From Patescibacteria group bacterium (GTDB lineage Bacteria > Patescibacteriota > Minisyncoccia > Phycocordibacterales > PALSA-1337), in contig JAZKBV010000003.1 in the NCBI GenBank assembly GCA_040388415.1, forward strand, positions 47,571-111,570: a stretch of DNA of 64,000 nucleotides. Direction: 5' to 3'. Positions 18,525 to 28,670 of the stretch are shown here, in pieces (positions within the stretch are counted from its first letter, which is position 1; every line of letters starts with the position of its first letter). A program made the position numbers and the translations under genes. The notes under the pieces were generated by a model that saw nothing but the letters and a program-made list of their open reading frames with translations, was not told the origin of the DNA and made no database searches.

Positions 18525-18662
18525 TCGCTCTTGCGCTTTTTCGTAGGAGTGGTACTATTTATATCCGGAGCACACTGGCCTGGAACTATCGAAACCAGAC
18601 CTGCACGCATAGTGTAAGGTGTGCTGCTCATTCAAAGTTAGTCAAACAAAGAAAGACATGTT

Positions 18663-18893
18663 ATGGCAAGAAAAATTGTGGCAGACGTACCGGAAACGCC
18701 GGTTGTGAACAGCAGCAAAATCACCAGGATGGTCAACCGCATTGTCGACGAAGCACCGATTGCAGGTTCCTATCTCTCTGTGTCACTCAGACGCGGGGAT
18801 GAAAAAATGAACACGTTGGTGAATGGAAACACCATCGACGGTGCGAAGCAGGCAGTTCGCGTGTTCGTCCAGGAAGGCTGGGTCCCGGCGTAA
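18663..18893 (+). CDS. Hypothetical small protein (76 aa)
   Basis: ORF preceded by structured leader, followed by intrinsic terminator. Confidence 0.4.
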   Translation: MARKIVADVPETPVVNSSKITRMVNRIVDEAPIAGSYLSVSLRRGDEKMNTLVNGNTIDGAKQAVRVFVQEGWVPA

Positions 18894-18923
18894 TTCGTAT
18901 TTGTCACCATAACTTTTATATGC

Positions 18924-18960
18924 AACCCGACGCCTGGAGGCCGTCGGGTTGTTTTCTTTT
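18924..18960 (+). terminator. Rho-independent terminator
   Basis: aacccgacg-loop-cgtcgggtt followed by gttttctttt. Confidence 0.6.
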
Positions 18961-19014
18961 GTTTATAGTTGCTACTTAATTTATGATACAATAGTATCAA
19001 ACACCGTTATTTAT

Positions 19015-20952
19015 ATGGACGACAACCGCGTTACATATTTCGCCGAGACTGATGCCCGCAACAAACGGGTAAAGTTTGGCATCAAGTCTATCGATCGCAC
19101 CAAGCACGTCTATGTGATTGGTAAAACAGGCATGGGCAAGTCTACCTTGCTCGAGAACATGGCTGTGCAAGATATTCAGAATGGAGCCGGCATGGCATTC
19201 ATCGATCCACACGGAAAGACCGCTGACCTCCTCCTTGAGTATGTTCCAAAAGAGCGTATCCGCGACGTCATTGTCATTGCGCCATTTGATACGGATTATC
19301 CTATTTCATTCAACGTTCTTGAAAGCGTTGATCCAAAGAAACGTCACCTCGTCGTCGGCGGTCTCATGAGCACCTTCAAAAAGATCTGGGAAGATGCCTG
19401 GTCAGCGCGTATGGAGTATATTTTGACCAATACGCTTCTTGCTCTTCTCGAAGTGCCAGGTACAACTCTCCTCGGTGTCAACCGTTTGCTTTCCGATAAG
19501 GCATATAGAAATGAGATTGTCGCTCAAGTCCAAGATCCTTCGGTCAAGGCTTTTTGGGTAAAAGAGTTCGCCAACTATACTGAGCGTCAGGCCGCTGAAG
19601 CCGTGCCTGCAATCCAAAATAAAGTTGGTCAATTTACTGCAAATCCATTGATCAGAAACATGATTGGTCAGCCGGTTTCGTCTTTTGATTTTCGTAAAGC
19701 GATGGATGAAGGGAAGATCATCATTATCAACCTTTCAAAAGGACGCATCGGCGACGAGAATATGAAGCTCCTTGGAGGATTGCTTGTGACCAAGATTTAC
19801 CTCGCTGCCATGTCGCGCGCTGATGTGCCAGATCGTGTGGTCAAGATGTTGCCACATTTCTATCTTTTTGTGGATGAATTCCAAAACTTCGCCAATGCGT
19901 CATTCTCCGACATTCTCTCAGAGTCGCGTAAATACAAGCTCAACCTCACTATCGCTCATCAATATATCGAACAAATGGATGAAAATGTCAGTGCTGCTGT
20001 ATTCGGCAACGTGGGTACTATGATTGTATTCCGCGTGGGCGCGACTGATGCAGAAGCACTTGAAAAGGAATTCGCTCCTCAGTTCACTATGGAGGATCTG
20101 GTAAATCTCGGACAGTTCCAGATGTATCTCAAGCTTATGATCAACGGACTGACATCTGCGCCATTTTCTGCTACATCGATGCCACCTATACCACAGCAAA
20201 AAATCTCATATGTAAAAGAGATTATGGATGCATCACGCGAGCAGTTTGCTCGTCCACGTGCTGAAGTTGAAGAGATTATTATGAAATTCCATGAGCCGAC
20301 ACCTGCACCAAAGAAGGAGCCTGTAGCCGGTAAAGCGCCCCTTACTGGTGACTTGAGGAAGCCTGAGCAAAAAATGCCGCCAGCTCCTGTACCAAAAGCT
20401 GACGCACCGGCGACTGTGCCAATGCCAACATCAGCGCCAAAGCCAGAGCAAAGACCAGTTTCAAAATTCGTCCCACCAGTGAGAGCGACTGCGCCCTCGC
20501 CGTTGCTCAAAGATACACTTGCAAAGCTTGTTGCACAGCCACGACCTGCGCCGAAGGAAACCCCGCCTCCTGCACCAAAGCTTGAAGTTGAGCCAGCAGA
20601 AGCCAAGCATCAGCCATTCAAAAAAGCTTTTGATGCAGTTCAGTCGACGAAACCTACGCCACTTACAAATCCCGCTCCGGTACCAGTTCCAGTGCCAGCC
20701 GTAAGACCTGTATCGCTTTCTGCTTTGAGTAAACCAAGCCTTGTCTCGTCAGCTTCGCCCGCATCGCCACGTCCCGATCAGAAAGCACAGACGCCTCAAA
20801 ATGTCAGCCAATTAAAAAATGCGTTGGCGGCAGCACTTGCGAAATCGAAGCCCGCGGATACACAGAAGCCAATTGAGACAATTAAGCCAGTTTCAGAGCA
20901 GCCAAACGAGGTTCCCGAAGAAGTGCTCAAGAAGGTCTTGAAGATTGACTAA
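19015..20952 (+). CDS. TraD/TrwB/VirD4-like type IV secretion coupling-protein ATPase with long Pro/Ala/Lys-rich low-complexity C-terminal tail
   Basis: Walker A VIGKTGMGKSTLL, Walker B HFYLFVDEFQNF, TIAHQYIEQM; start moved to ATG 19015 because track ORF start lies inside upstream terminator; last ~240 aa PAPKKEP/PAPVP repeats. Confidence 0.55.
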   Translation: MDDNRVTYFAETDARNKRVKFGIKSIDRTKHVYVIGKTGMGKSTLLENMAVQDIQNGAGMAFIDPHGKTADLLLEYVPKERIRDVIVIAPFDTDYPISFNVLESVDPKKRHLVVGGLMSTFKKIWEDAWSARMEYILTNTLLALLEVPGTTLLGVNRLLSDKAYRNEIVAQVQDPSVKAFWVKEFANYTERQAAEAVPAIQNKVGQFTANPLIRNMIGQPVSSFDFRKAMDEGKIIIINLSKGRIGDENMKLLGGLLVTKIYLAAMSRADVPDRVVKMLPHFYLFVDEFQNFANASFSDILSESRKYKLNLTIAHQYIEQMDENVSAAVFGNVGTMIVFRVGATDAEALEKEFAPQFTMEDLVNLGQFQMYLKLMINGLTSAPFSATSMPPIPQQKISYVKEIMDASREQFARPRAEVEEIIMKFHEPTPAPKKEPVAGKAPLTGDLRKPEQKMPPAPVPKADAPATVPMPTSAPKPEQRPVSKFVPPVRATAPSPLLKDTLAKLVAQPRPAPKETPPPAPKLEVEPAEAKHQPFKKAFDAVQSTKPTPLTNPAPVPVPVPAVRPVSLSALSKPSLVSSASPASPRPDQKAQTPQNVSQLKNALAAALAKSKPADTQKPIETIKPVSEQPNEVPEEVLKKVLKID

Positions 20953-20972
20953 AGGTGTGGGAGCATTGATAT

Positions 20973-22157
20973 ATGACATCACGACGCATACTCATTTTCT
21001 CTTTTGCGTACTATCCGCGCTTCGTCGGCGGGGCAGAGGTTGCGATAAAAGAGATCACTGACCGTATCCCTCCTGAAACAATTGAGTTTGACCTTATCTG
21101 TCTCCGCCTCGATTCGCGCTTGCCAGCTTTCGAGCGTATCGGCAATGTGAACGTGCACCGTATCGGTTTCTCACAGCATAAAGAATTTTCGACAGATTCG
21201 TTGCCGTGGTACCTCCATATAAATAAATATTTGTATCTTTTTACGGGAGTGCGAAAAGCTCTCTCGCTTCACCGAAAAAGAAAGTACGATGCTATCTGGT
21301 CGCTCATGGCTACCTATAGCTCATTTGCAGCAGTTATATTCAAGATCCTCAAACCAAAGATTCCTTTCATCTTTACTCTGCAGGACGGCGACCCCATCCC
21401 ATATATCAAGCGTAAAGCCTTGCCGCTGTACCCATTATTTAAAATGATGTTTACCCGCGCTGATCATATACAAACTATTTCAACGTATCTTGCAGAGTGG
21501 GCAAAAGATATGGGCGCAAAGTGTCCTGTGACTGTGGTGCCAAATGCAGTCGACTTCGACTTATTCTCGACAAAAGAGTCTGTTGAACAACAAAGCGAGC
21601 TGAAAGAAAAACTCGGTAAAAAAGAAGGTGATGTCTTTATCATTACCACATCACGGCTTGTGGTAAAAAATGCAATCAACGATGTCATCGACGCGCTTTC
21701 ATATGTGCCTGAAAATGTGAAGTTTATTATCCTTGGTCAAGGGTACCAGGAGGCACAGCTCAAGGCACAGGTAGCTGAGCTTGAATTACAGGATCGCGTG
21801 AAGTTCCTTGGTTATGTTCCACACAAAGAGATGCCGAAGTATCTGCATATATCAGATATATTCATCCGTCCTTCGCTTTCAGAAGGGTTTGGTAATTCAT
21901 TCATTGAAGCCATGGCTGCAGAGATACCTGTCATAGCTACACCTGTTGGTGGTATCACCGATTTTCTCATTGAAGGAGAAACGGGACTATTCTGCGACGT
22001 ACATAGTCCGCGCAGTATCGCTCAGAAGGTAGAAAAATTGATCAGGGACAAAGAGTCGAAGGATTACATTGTCGCTCGCGCAAAAAAGATGGTCCAGGAA
22101 AAATATGAATGGAATATCATTGTCGAACGCATGCAAGACATTTTCCTCAGTATGTAA
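20973..22157 (+). CDS. Glycosyltransferase family 4
   Basis: EGFGNSFIEAMAAEIPVIAT, GT-B fold. Confidence 0.85.
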   Translation: MTSRRILIFSFAYYPRFVGGAEVAIKEITDRIPPETIEFDLICLRLDSRLPAFERIGNVNVHRIGFSQHKEFSTDSLPWYLHINKYLYLFTGVRKALSLHRKRKYDAIWSLMATYSSFAAVIFKILKPKIPFIFTLQDGDPIPYIKRKALPLYPLFKMMFTRADHIQTISTYLAEWAKDMGAKCPVTVVPNAVDFDLFSTKESVEQQSELKEKLGKKEGDVFIITTSRLVVKNAINDVIDALSYVPENVKFIILGQGYQEAQLKAQVAELELQDRVKFLGYVPHKEMPKYLHISDIFIRPSLSEGFGNSFIEAMAAEIPVIATPVGGITDFLIEGETGLFCDVHSPRSIAQKVEKLIRDKESKDYIVARAKKMVQEKYEWNIIVERMQDIFLSM

Positions 22158-22164
22158 AGTGAAT

Positions 22165-22176
22165 CCGTAGTATAAT
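22165..22176 (+). promoter_or_regulatory. -10 element TAGTATAAT upstream of 22184
   Basis: Consensus TATAAT 8 nt before ATG region. Confidence 0.35.
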
Positions 22177-22183
22177 TACTCTT

Positions 22184-23221
22184 ATGAAAATCCTTATTGC
22201 TTCTGGCATATATCCCCCTGACATTGGCGGTCCTGCGCAGTACGCGCGCAACCTCTATGAGACATGGAAAGGCCGAGATCACGATGTTAAAGTCGCTGCC
22301 TATCGTTGGGAGCGTGCGTTTCCTCCGCTCGTCAGGCATTTTTTGTACTTCCTCAAGATCATTCGTAAAGGCTGGAAGGCTGACCTTATACTCGTGCTCG
22401 ATACATGGTCAGCGGCAGTGCCGACGATGCTCGCATGTTCGCTTATGGGAAAAAAATACATTCTCCGCACGGGAGGAGACTTTTTGTGGGAGACATATGT
22501 TGAGAGAACGGGAGATCTTGTTTTGTTCAAAGACTTTTATGGAAAAGATAATGCAGCCGGCTCAGAATTCGTGGCAAAGCTATCAACGAAGGAAAAGCTC
22601 GTCTTTAAGCTCGGTGGGGCTTCGCTTCGTCGCGCGCATAAGGTCATATTCAGCACCCCATGGCAAAAACAGATTTTTGAAAAAGCATACAATCTCGATT
22701 CAAAGAAAGATATCATCGTTGAAAATTATTGTGGGGAACGCATGGATGCAGTTGAACCAGATAACAGAACTTTTTTAGCAAGCACGCGCATTTTGAAGTG
22801 GAAGAATATCGATTTGCTTAAAGAGGCGTTCGCAGAGGCCCAGGCCGAGGTTAAGCGCCGTGGTCTGCCAGATATTGATATGGATACGAGCAAGGCCATG
22901 TACTCGAACTTCGTCGAGCGCATGCATCGTTCATATGCGGTCATCCTTGCTTCTCTTGGTGACATCAGCCCGAACATGATTTTTGATGCAGTGATGACTC
23001 GTACGCCGTTTATCGTCACAAAAGAGATCGGTATCACAGAGAGGATTACAGACGCCGCTATTTTCATCGATCCAAAAAATAAGCAAGACATCGTAAATAA
23101 GATCGTCTGGATGGCAGATCCGGCGAATCGTGCAGTACAAGCAAAGAAAGTCCAAGCGCTGCCATTTATGCATTCGTGGGACGATATAGCTCGTGAGATC
23201 TTGGAGATAGGGAAGAAGTAA
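22184..23221 (+). CDS. Glycosyltransferase, GT4-like (divergent)
   Basis: N-terminal GIYPPDIGGPAQYARNL typical GT4 N-domain. Confidence 0.5.
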   Translation: MKILIASGIYPPDIGGPAQYARNLYETWKGRDHDVKVAAYRWERAFPPLVRHFLYFLKIIRKGWKADLILVLDTWSAAVPTMLACSLMGKKYILRTGGDFLWETYVERTGDLVLFKDFYGKDNAAGSEFVAKLSTKEKLVFKLGGASLRRAHKVIFSTPWQKQIFEKAYNLDSKKDIIVENYCGERMDAVEPDNRTFLASTRILKWKNIDLLKEAFAEAQAEVKRRGLPDIDMDTSKAMYSNFVERMHRSYAVILASLGDISPNMIFDAVMTRTPFIVTKEIGITERITDAAIFIDPKNKQDIVNKIVWMADPANRAVQAKKVQALPFMHSWDDIAREILEIGKK

Positions 23222-23230
23222 AAACATAAT

Positions 23231-24244
23231 ATGAAGAGATTATTGATGGTATCGACAGATCGAAAGATATTTGAGGCGGGGAGCGCTGTTCGCGCGCGTC
23301 AGATTGAATACGCAAAAAACTTTGAAGAAGTGCATATCATTGTTTTTGCAAAAGGTCAGCATGAGACGCACAATGAAATTGTGATCGGACCGAACTGCTG
23401 GGCGTATTCGACGCAGTCGTTGTCACGCTGGCTGTACACTTTTGACGCCTTACGCCTCGCCAAATTTATCGTTTCAAAAAGAAATATTACAGATGTCACT
23501 TGTCAGGATCCTTTTCAAACCGCATCAGTCGGCGTCTCGCTCAAAAAACAGTTTCCACAGGTACAGTTAGAACTGCAGGTACATACTGATATTGGTTCTC
23601 CGCATTTTACCTATACGTGGGGCAATAAGATTAGAAAGACAATGGCGCTATCGTATCTCGTAAAAGCTGACTACATCCGCGTCGTTTCAAATAAAATTAA
23701 AAATTATTTGATTGAGACATTGAAAATTGAGGACTCAAAGATTGAGGTGCGACCTGTGCCCGTTGATGTGGAAAAAATTAAACATGCGCCGATTATTTCT
23801 GGTGCAGATCTGCATAAAAAATATCCTCAGTTTGAAAAGATTGTTTTGATGGCATCACGCATTGAAAAAGAAAAGAATATTGTGCTCGCTATTGAAGCAT
23901 TTAAAAAAGTGGTTGAGAAGGTTCCAAAAGTAGGTCTGATTATTGTGGGCGAAGGTTCTCTTAGCTCCTACCTCCTAGCTCTTACCTCAAAACTTGGTCT
24001 AAGCGATTCCGTCATCTTTGAATCATGGGCAGATCAACATACGCTTTATTCTTACTATAAAACCGCTGACATCTTTCTTGTTACCTCGCTATTTGAAGGG
24101 TACGGCATGACTCTCATTGAGGCGAACGCTGCTGGTTGTAAGATCGTCTCGACTGATGTCGGTGTCGCCCGAGAAATCAGCGCGACCGTCGTTCTAGACA
24201 CCCCACAAAGCGTTTCAGAGGGAATCATTGGAATTATCAGTTAA
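23231..24244 (+). CDS. Glycosyltransferase family 4
   Basis: EGYGMTLIEANAAGCKIVST. Confidence 0.8.
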   Translation: MKRLLMVSTDRKIFEAGSAVRARQIEYAKNFEEVHIIVFAKGQHETHNEIVIGPNCWAYSTQSLSRWLYTFDALRLAKFIVSKRNITDVTCQDPFQTASVGVSLKKQFPQVQLELQVHTDIGSPHFTYTWGNKIRKTMALSYLVKADYIRVVSNKIKNYLIETLKIEDSKIEVRPVPVDVEKIKHAPIISGADLHKKYPQFEKIVLMASRIEKEKNIVLAIEAFKKVVEKVPKVGLIIVGEGSLSSYLLALTSKLGLSDSVIFESWADQHTLYSYYKTADIFLVTSLFEGYGMTLIEANAAGCKIVSTDVGVAREISATVVLDTPQSVSEGIIGIIS

Positions 24245-24267
24245 AAAGCGATATACTGGGCTTTATT

Positions 24268-25146
24268 ATGGCTGACATGACCAAACCCCTCATCGGATTT
24301 ATCGGACAAGGCTGGATCGGTAAGAACTACTCGAATGACCTCGAAGCGCGCGGGTATACCGTCGTGCGTTATGGTCTGGAAGATGAATATAAGGGCAATA
24401 AAGCAAAGATCAAAGGGTGCGATGTTGTATTTATCGCTGTACCGACGCCTACAACTAAGAAGGGTTTTGACGATAGCTATGTGCGTTCAGTTCTGCCTCT
24501 CATCGGCAAGGGCAAGATCGCTATTATCAAATCGACACTGATCGTCGGGTGCACCGAGCGGTTGCAGAAGTCATTTAAAAATATTATCGTCACCCACTCG
24601 CCAGAATTCTTGAGCGAAAAGACTGCAGCATATGATGCAGCTCATCCTGATCGCAATATAGTGGGCATTCCGGTCAACAACAAAAAATATGTTGATGCTG
24701 CGAATCTTGTTATATCAGTATTGCCACCAGCGCCGTTTTCGTTGGTCTGTAGTTCATCTGAAGCTGAGCTCATTAAATACAGCCACAATGTACACGGCTA
24801 CATCCAAGTGGTCTTTGCCAATATCCTTTACGATCTTGCCCAAGAATTTTCGATGGATTGGGAAGTGCTTTTCAAGGCGTTCTCAGCTAACCCTCTCATG
24901 GTTCCACGATATCTTCGTCCAGTTCATCAGAGCGGTCGTGGCGCGGGCGGAAACTGCTTTGTGAAAGATTTTGAGGCCTTCATACGTCTCTTTGAGAACA
25001 AGGTGAATGATAAGACGGGTATTGCTGCGCTCAAAGCGATACGTGAAAAAAATATCCAACTCCTCGTCTCTTCTGGAAAAGATTTGGAAAAGATTAAAGA
25101 AATGTATGGTCAGGGTGTAATCAAAAAACATCAAAAAAATAAATGA
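24268..25146 (+). CDS. Nucleotide-sugar (UDP-glucose/GDP-mannose) dehydrogenase-like protein lacking C-terminal domain
   Basis: IGFIGQGWIG Rossmann, FIAVPTP, catalytic-Cys-like GGNCFVKD; only 292 aa. Confidence 0.5.
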   Translation: MADMTKPLIGFIGQGWIGKNYSNDLEARGYTVVRYGLEDEYKGNKAKIKGCDVVFIAVPTPTTKKGFDDSYVRSVLPLIGKGKIAIIKSTLIVGCTERLQKSFKNIIVTHSPEFLSEKTAAYDAAHPDRNIVGIPVNNKKYVDAANLVISVLPPAPFSLVCSSSEAELIKYSHNVHGYIQVVFANILYDLAQEFSMDWEVLFKAFSANPLMVPRYLRPVHQSGRGAGGNCFVKDFEAFIRLFENKVNDKTGIAALKAIREKNIQLLVSSGKDLEKIKEMYGQGVIKKHQKNK

Positions 25147-26225
25147 AGCTCCTCATCCTTACTCAAAAAGTAGATAAGCTTGATCCGATTCTCGGTTTCT
25201 TTCATCGTTGGATAGAGGAGTTTGCTGCGCAAGCAGAAAAGGTGACAGTTATAACACTTAATGAAGGTGTCCATCAATTACCAGCGAATGTGACTGTTTT
25301 GTCGCTCGGTAAGAGCAAGGAACAGAAGGTTGGTTTTAAGGATAGAGCGCGATTCGTCTTTAGATTTTATGGTTATATTTGGAGCCAGAGGAAAAATTAT
25401 GATACGGTTTTTGTACATATGAACCCGATATACGTCGTCTTTGGTGGATTATTCTGGAAAATATTTGGCAAGAAAATATCGATGTGGTACACACACCGCG
25501 CCGTGGATCTGAAATTGCGCGTCGCTGAAGTATTTGCCGATGTTATTTTCACCGCCGCAAAAGAAAGTTTCAAATTGCCAAGTAACAAAGTGGTCGTTAC
25601 AGGTCATGGTATCGACGTTTCTCAGTTTCTCAGCATGCAGCGTTCGAAAGCGATCGGCACTGAGCCTATCCGCCTGTTGCATGTTGGGCGTGTCACGCAG
25701 ATCAAAAACTGCGATACGTTGATTGAAGCAGCAAAAATCCTTGCTGAGAAGTGGGACAAGAAGTTTGAGGTGGTCTTTGCGGGCAGTCCTATCACCGACG
25801 CTGACAGATCCTATATGGCATCACTATCTTCGCTTATTTCGACGTATAAGCTCGATGACATCATTCATTTCATCGGCCACGTCGCACCATCTGATATCAG
25901 CAAGCAATATGCTGCCTGCGATGCAACGGTCAATCTCACGCCCACAGGTGGTATCGACAAAGCTGTGCTCGAATCAATGGCTTCAGGAGTAGCGGTATTT
26001 TCTTCAAACCAAGCGTTTGTGAATTATTTTGATCGATATGCAGGTAGACTCATTTTCAAAGAGCGCGACCCAGCCGATTTGGCACATAAAATAATGGATC
26101 TATTTTCAACTGGTCCAGAAAAAGCTGGTGCAGATCTGCAAAAGATAGCCGAAGAGAAGGCGGATGTTGGTGTGCTTATACATACTATCTCTGATAAACT
26201 GACTTTGTTATGGAAAAACAAGTAA
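25143..26225 (+). CDS. Glycosyltransferase (GT-B, GT4-like)
   Basis: LTPTGGIDKAVLESMASGVAVFSS C-terminal donor-binding motif. Confidence 0.6.
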   Translation: MKLLILTQKVDKLDPILGFFHRWIEEFAAQAEKVTVITLNEGVHQLPANVTVLSLGKSKEQKVGFKDRARFVFRFYGYIWSQRKNYDTVFVHMNPIYVVFGGLFWKIFGKKISMWYTHRAVDLKLRVAEVFADVIFTAAKESFKLPSNKVVVTGHGIDVSQFLSMQRSKAIGTEPIRLLHVGRVTQIKNCDTLIEAAKILAEKWDKKFEVVFAGSPITDADRSYMASLSSLISTYKLDDIIHFIGHVAPSDISKQYAACDATVNLTPTGGIDKAVLESMASGVAVFSSNQAFVNYFDRYAGRLIFKERDPADLAHKIMDLFSTGPEKAGADLQKIAEEKADVGVLIHTISDKLTLLWKNK

Positions 26226-26830
26226 ACAAGGATCATTATAATTTCAAAGTATATTCTCATCTCGGCAGATGGGTGAGCTATTTCTTTCAACTTGAGCAAG
26301 TCTTTTCTTTTAGCCCAACATCTATCCTTGAGATCGGTGTCGGCGACCGTGTCTTTGGGGATTATATAAAAAATAATACTAGTATAAAGTATCTCTCAGC
26401 CGATGTAGCCGAAGATCTCAAGCCTGATGTAGTTGCAAGTGTGACAGCATTGCCTTTCACTGACGGAGAGTTCGATGTCTCATGTGCTTTTGAAGTACTT
26501 GAGCATATTCCATTTGATTCATTTGGAGTGGCGTTGCGAGAGATGTCTCGTGTGTCAAAAAAAGCAGTTATTATCAGCCTTCCGCACTTCGGCCCCTCAT
26601 GTGAGCTTTCATTCAAGATTCCTTTTATCAAAAGAGTAAAGCTTGCCTTCAAGCTTCCATTCCATCCGATTCATGTCTGGAATGGTGAGCATTATTTCGA
26701 AATAGGAAAAAAAGGGTATGAGATTAGCGAGATACGTAAAGTACTACGAAAAGATTTTGTCATCCAAAAAGATTTTGTGCCATTTGAAAACCAGTATCAC
26801 CATTTCTTTGTTCTTGTTCCAAAAAAGTAA
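26210..26830 (+). CDS. Class I SAM-dependent methyltransferase
   Basis: ILEIGVGDRVFG motif I, FEVLEHIP post-II. Confidence 0.6.
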   Translation: MEKQVNKDHYNFKVYSHLGRWVSYFFQLEQVFSFSPTSILEIGVGDRVFGDYIKNNTSIKYLSADVAEDLKPDVVASVTALPFTDGEFDVSCAFEVLEHIPFDSFGVALREMSRVSKKAVIISLPHFGPSCELSFKIPFIKRVKLAFKLPFHPIHVWNGEHYFEIGKKGYEISEIRKVLRKDFVIQKDFVPFENQYHHFFVLVPKK

Positions 26831-26841
26831 TCGTTACGCGT

Positions 26842-27873
26842 ATGAAAATAGCTTTCATTCCACCAAAGAAGAGAAGTGAGTACCTGACCAATACCGTGTT
26901 GGACGGTCTTTTGTGGTTGAAGCGCGATGGGAATGGTCCTACCTCTGACATTGAGCTTGCGTTGCCGCCTGAAGAATACCTTTGTCCGTACGATATTTCA
27001 CCATATGTTTTAAGTCAGGCAGAATTTGATACGTTTGCCCAATCAGCTGATTTGATCATTCTTACGTTTGGAAAAAACACTACCAACTATGAGCTCGCAG
27101 AAAAAATAGGTCGTTGGGACAAAACTGTTTTTATCGATGGTGGGGAACTTGGTAAAGATAGGCGTTATGATGCTGGTATCCGCGCTCAAGTTGAAACAAT
27201 GACTTATGACGGCTTTGGTCGCATATACACTGATATGCTTAACAAATGTGCGCTCTACTTCCGACGTGAAAAACCCTATATCAAAGGCATCATTCCACTA
27301 CCGTTCGGCATTGAGTCGCGTTATTTGGCTCAATATGATCCGACTAAAAAAAGAGACATAGATTTTTGCTGTATTTTCGGTCAGGATGAATACCCGATCC
27401 TGCGCAGGAAAGTGACAAAACTGCTTGAGAAATTTTGCAAGAAAAATGGTTTTACCTGCCAGACAAAGAAGACTAAAGGATTTACTTTTGAAGATGATCA
27501 GAAGGTGGCGGGCAGAGATCCGTTCTACGAGATTCTCTCGCGTTCAAAAGTGGGCATATCGATCGGTGGTGGCGGCTTCGATACAGCACGCTTTTGGGAG
27601 ATATTGGGCAATGATTGCATGCTCATAACGGAGACTATCGATATATATGAAAAAGAAAATACCTTACTGGATTATAAGAGGATCATTCAGTTCAAGGATC
27701 TGGCTGAATTCGAAGCAAGATTACTTGAAGTCGCTGATTTTATCAAAAATAGCTATAATCAAACCGATAGATCAAGAGAGTACGCAGAAATCATCGATAC
27801 GCATTCAAGCAAGGCTCGAGCACTGACTGTTCTCACCGAGGCAGCGAAAAAGGGCATTATTTCTTTTAATTAA
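26842..27873 (+). CDS. Hypothetical protein in glycan locus (possible non-canonical glycosyltransferase)
   Basis: 343 aa, no clear motif. Confidence 0.35.
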   Translation: MKIAFIPPKKRSEYLTNTVLDGLLWLKRDGNGPTSDIELALPPEEYLCPYDISPYVLSQAEFDTFAQSADLIILTFGKNTTNYELAEKIGRWDKTVFIDGGELGKDRRYDAGIRAQVETMTYDGFGRIYTDMLNKCALYFRREKPYIKGIIPLPFGIESRYLAQYDPTKKRDIDFCCIFGQDEYPILRRKVTKLLEKFCKKNGFTCQTKKTKGFTFEDDQKVAGRDPFYEILSRSKVGISIGGGGFDTARFWEILGNDCMLITETIDIYEKENTLLDYKRIIQFKDLAEFEARLLEVADFIKNSYNQTDRSREYAEIIDTHSSKARALTVLTEAAKKGIISFN

Positions 27874-27879
27874 AACAAT

Positions 27880-28665
27880 ATGACGACATCTCAGTATGAT
27901 TGCGCGATAGTTATCCCTTCATGTGACTCATATGAAGAAGCGTGGGGCCCCTTTTTCGGTTTCTTTTTCAAATACTGGCCCGATTGTCCATTTCCTATTT
28001 ATCTCATCACCGAAACAAAAAAATTCGACGATCCTCGAGTGCAGATGATTAATCTTGGTAAAGACTTTGGTTGGGCGAACAATATGATCAAATCACTCGC
28101 TATCATTCCCGAAAATAATTTTATCTATTTTCTCGAGGATGTCTTTATCATGAAGAAAGTAGATACGGCTCGTGTACTCTCGCTTCTCAATCTTCTCAAA
28201 AAAGATACTATCTCATGTTTGCGCCTCTTTCCATTACCTGGACCTAGTACACAGTACGGTGACACAAAAGACCTCGGACTCATCGCTCAAAACGCCGAAT
28301 ATCGCGTCTCGACCATGCCAGCGATCTGGAATAAAGCTGCATTCAGTAGATTGCTCGTCGCGGGTGAGAATGCATGGCAAATGGAGCTCGATGGCACCAA
28401 GCGCGCTCATGCTATGAATGAATTGTTCGTAAGCGTCTGGCCGGGCGATGCGGTCATAGATATATTTGCTACTGCTATCAAGCGCGGACGCTGGCTCTAC
28501 GATGCGGTTCAGCTGTGTCACAAAGAGGGCATACCAGTAAAGCCGGTGAGACCAGTAGAAAGTTTCAATGAATATGTCATACGCAAAGCATGTTATCTTC
28601 CTGTCATCGGTGGATTCTTCAGGGTAGGGCATCGCTGGTATCACGCTCGGGGTAAAAAGAAGTAG
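27880..28665 (+). CDS. Hypothetical protein in glycan locus
   Basis: 261 aa, no clear motif. Confidence 0.35.
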   Translation: MTTSQYDCAIVIPSCDSYEEAWGPFFGFFFKYWPDCPFPIYLITETKKFDDPRVQMINLGKDFGWANNMIKSLAIIPENNFIYFLEDVFIMKKVDTARVLSLLNLLKKDTISCLRLFPLPGPSTQYGDTKDLGLIAQNAEYRVSTMPAIWNKAAFSRLLVAGENAWQMELDGTKRAHAMNELFVSVWPGDAVIDIFATAIKRGRWLYDAVQLCHKEGIPVKPVRPVESFNEYVIRKACYLPVIGGFFRVGHRWYHARGKKK

Positions 28666-28670
28666 ATAAG

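Noticed and set aside
18949-19014. Track start of the 667-aa ORF at 18949
   Set aside because: The first 22 codons overlap the upstream terminator hairpin and T-run. The protein family begins at MDDNRV (ATG 19015).
20079-20606. 175-aa Gly/Ala-rich minus-strand ORF
   Set aside because: It is the antisense reading of the Pro/Ala/Lys-rich low-complexity tail of the ATPase gene, an artefact of repeat composition.
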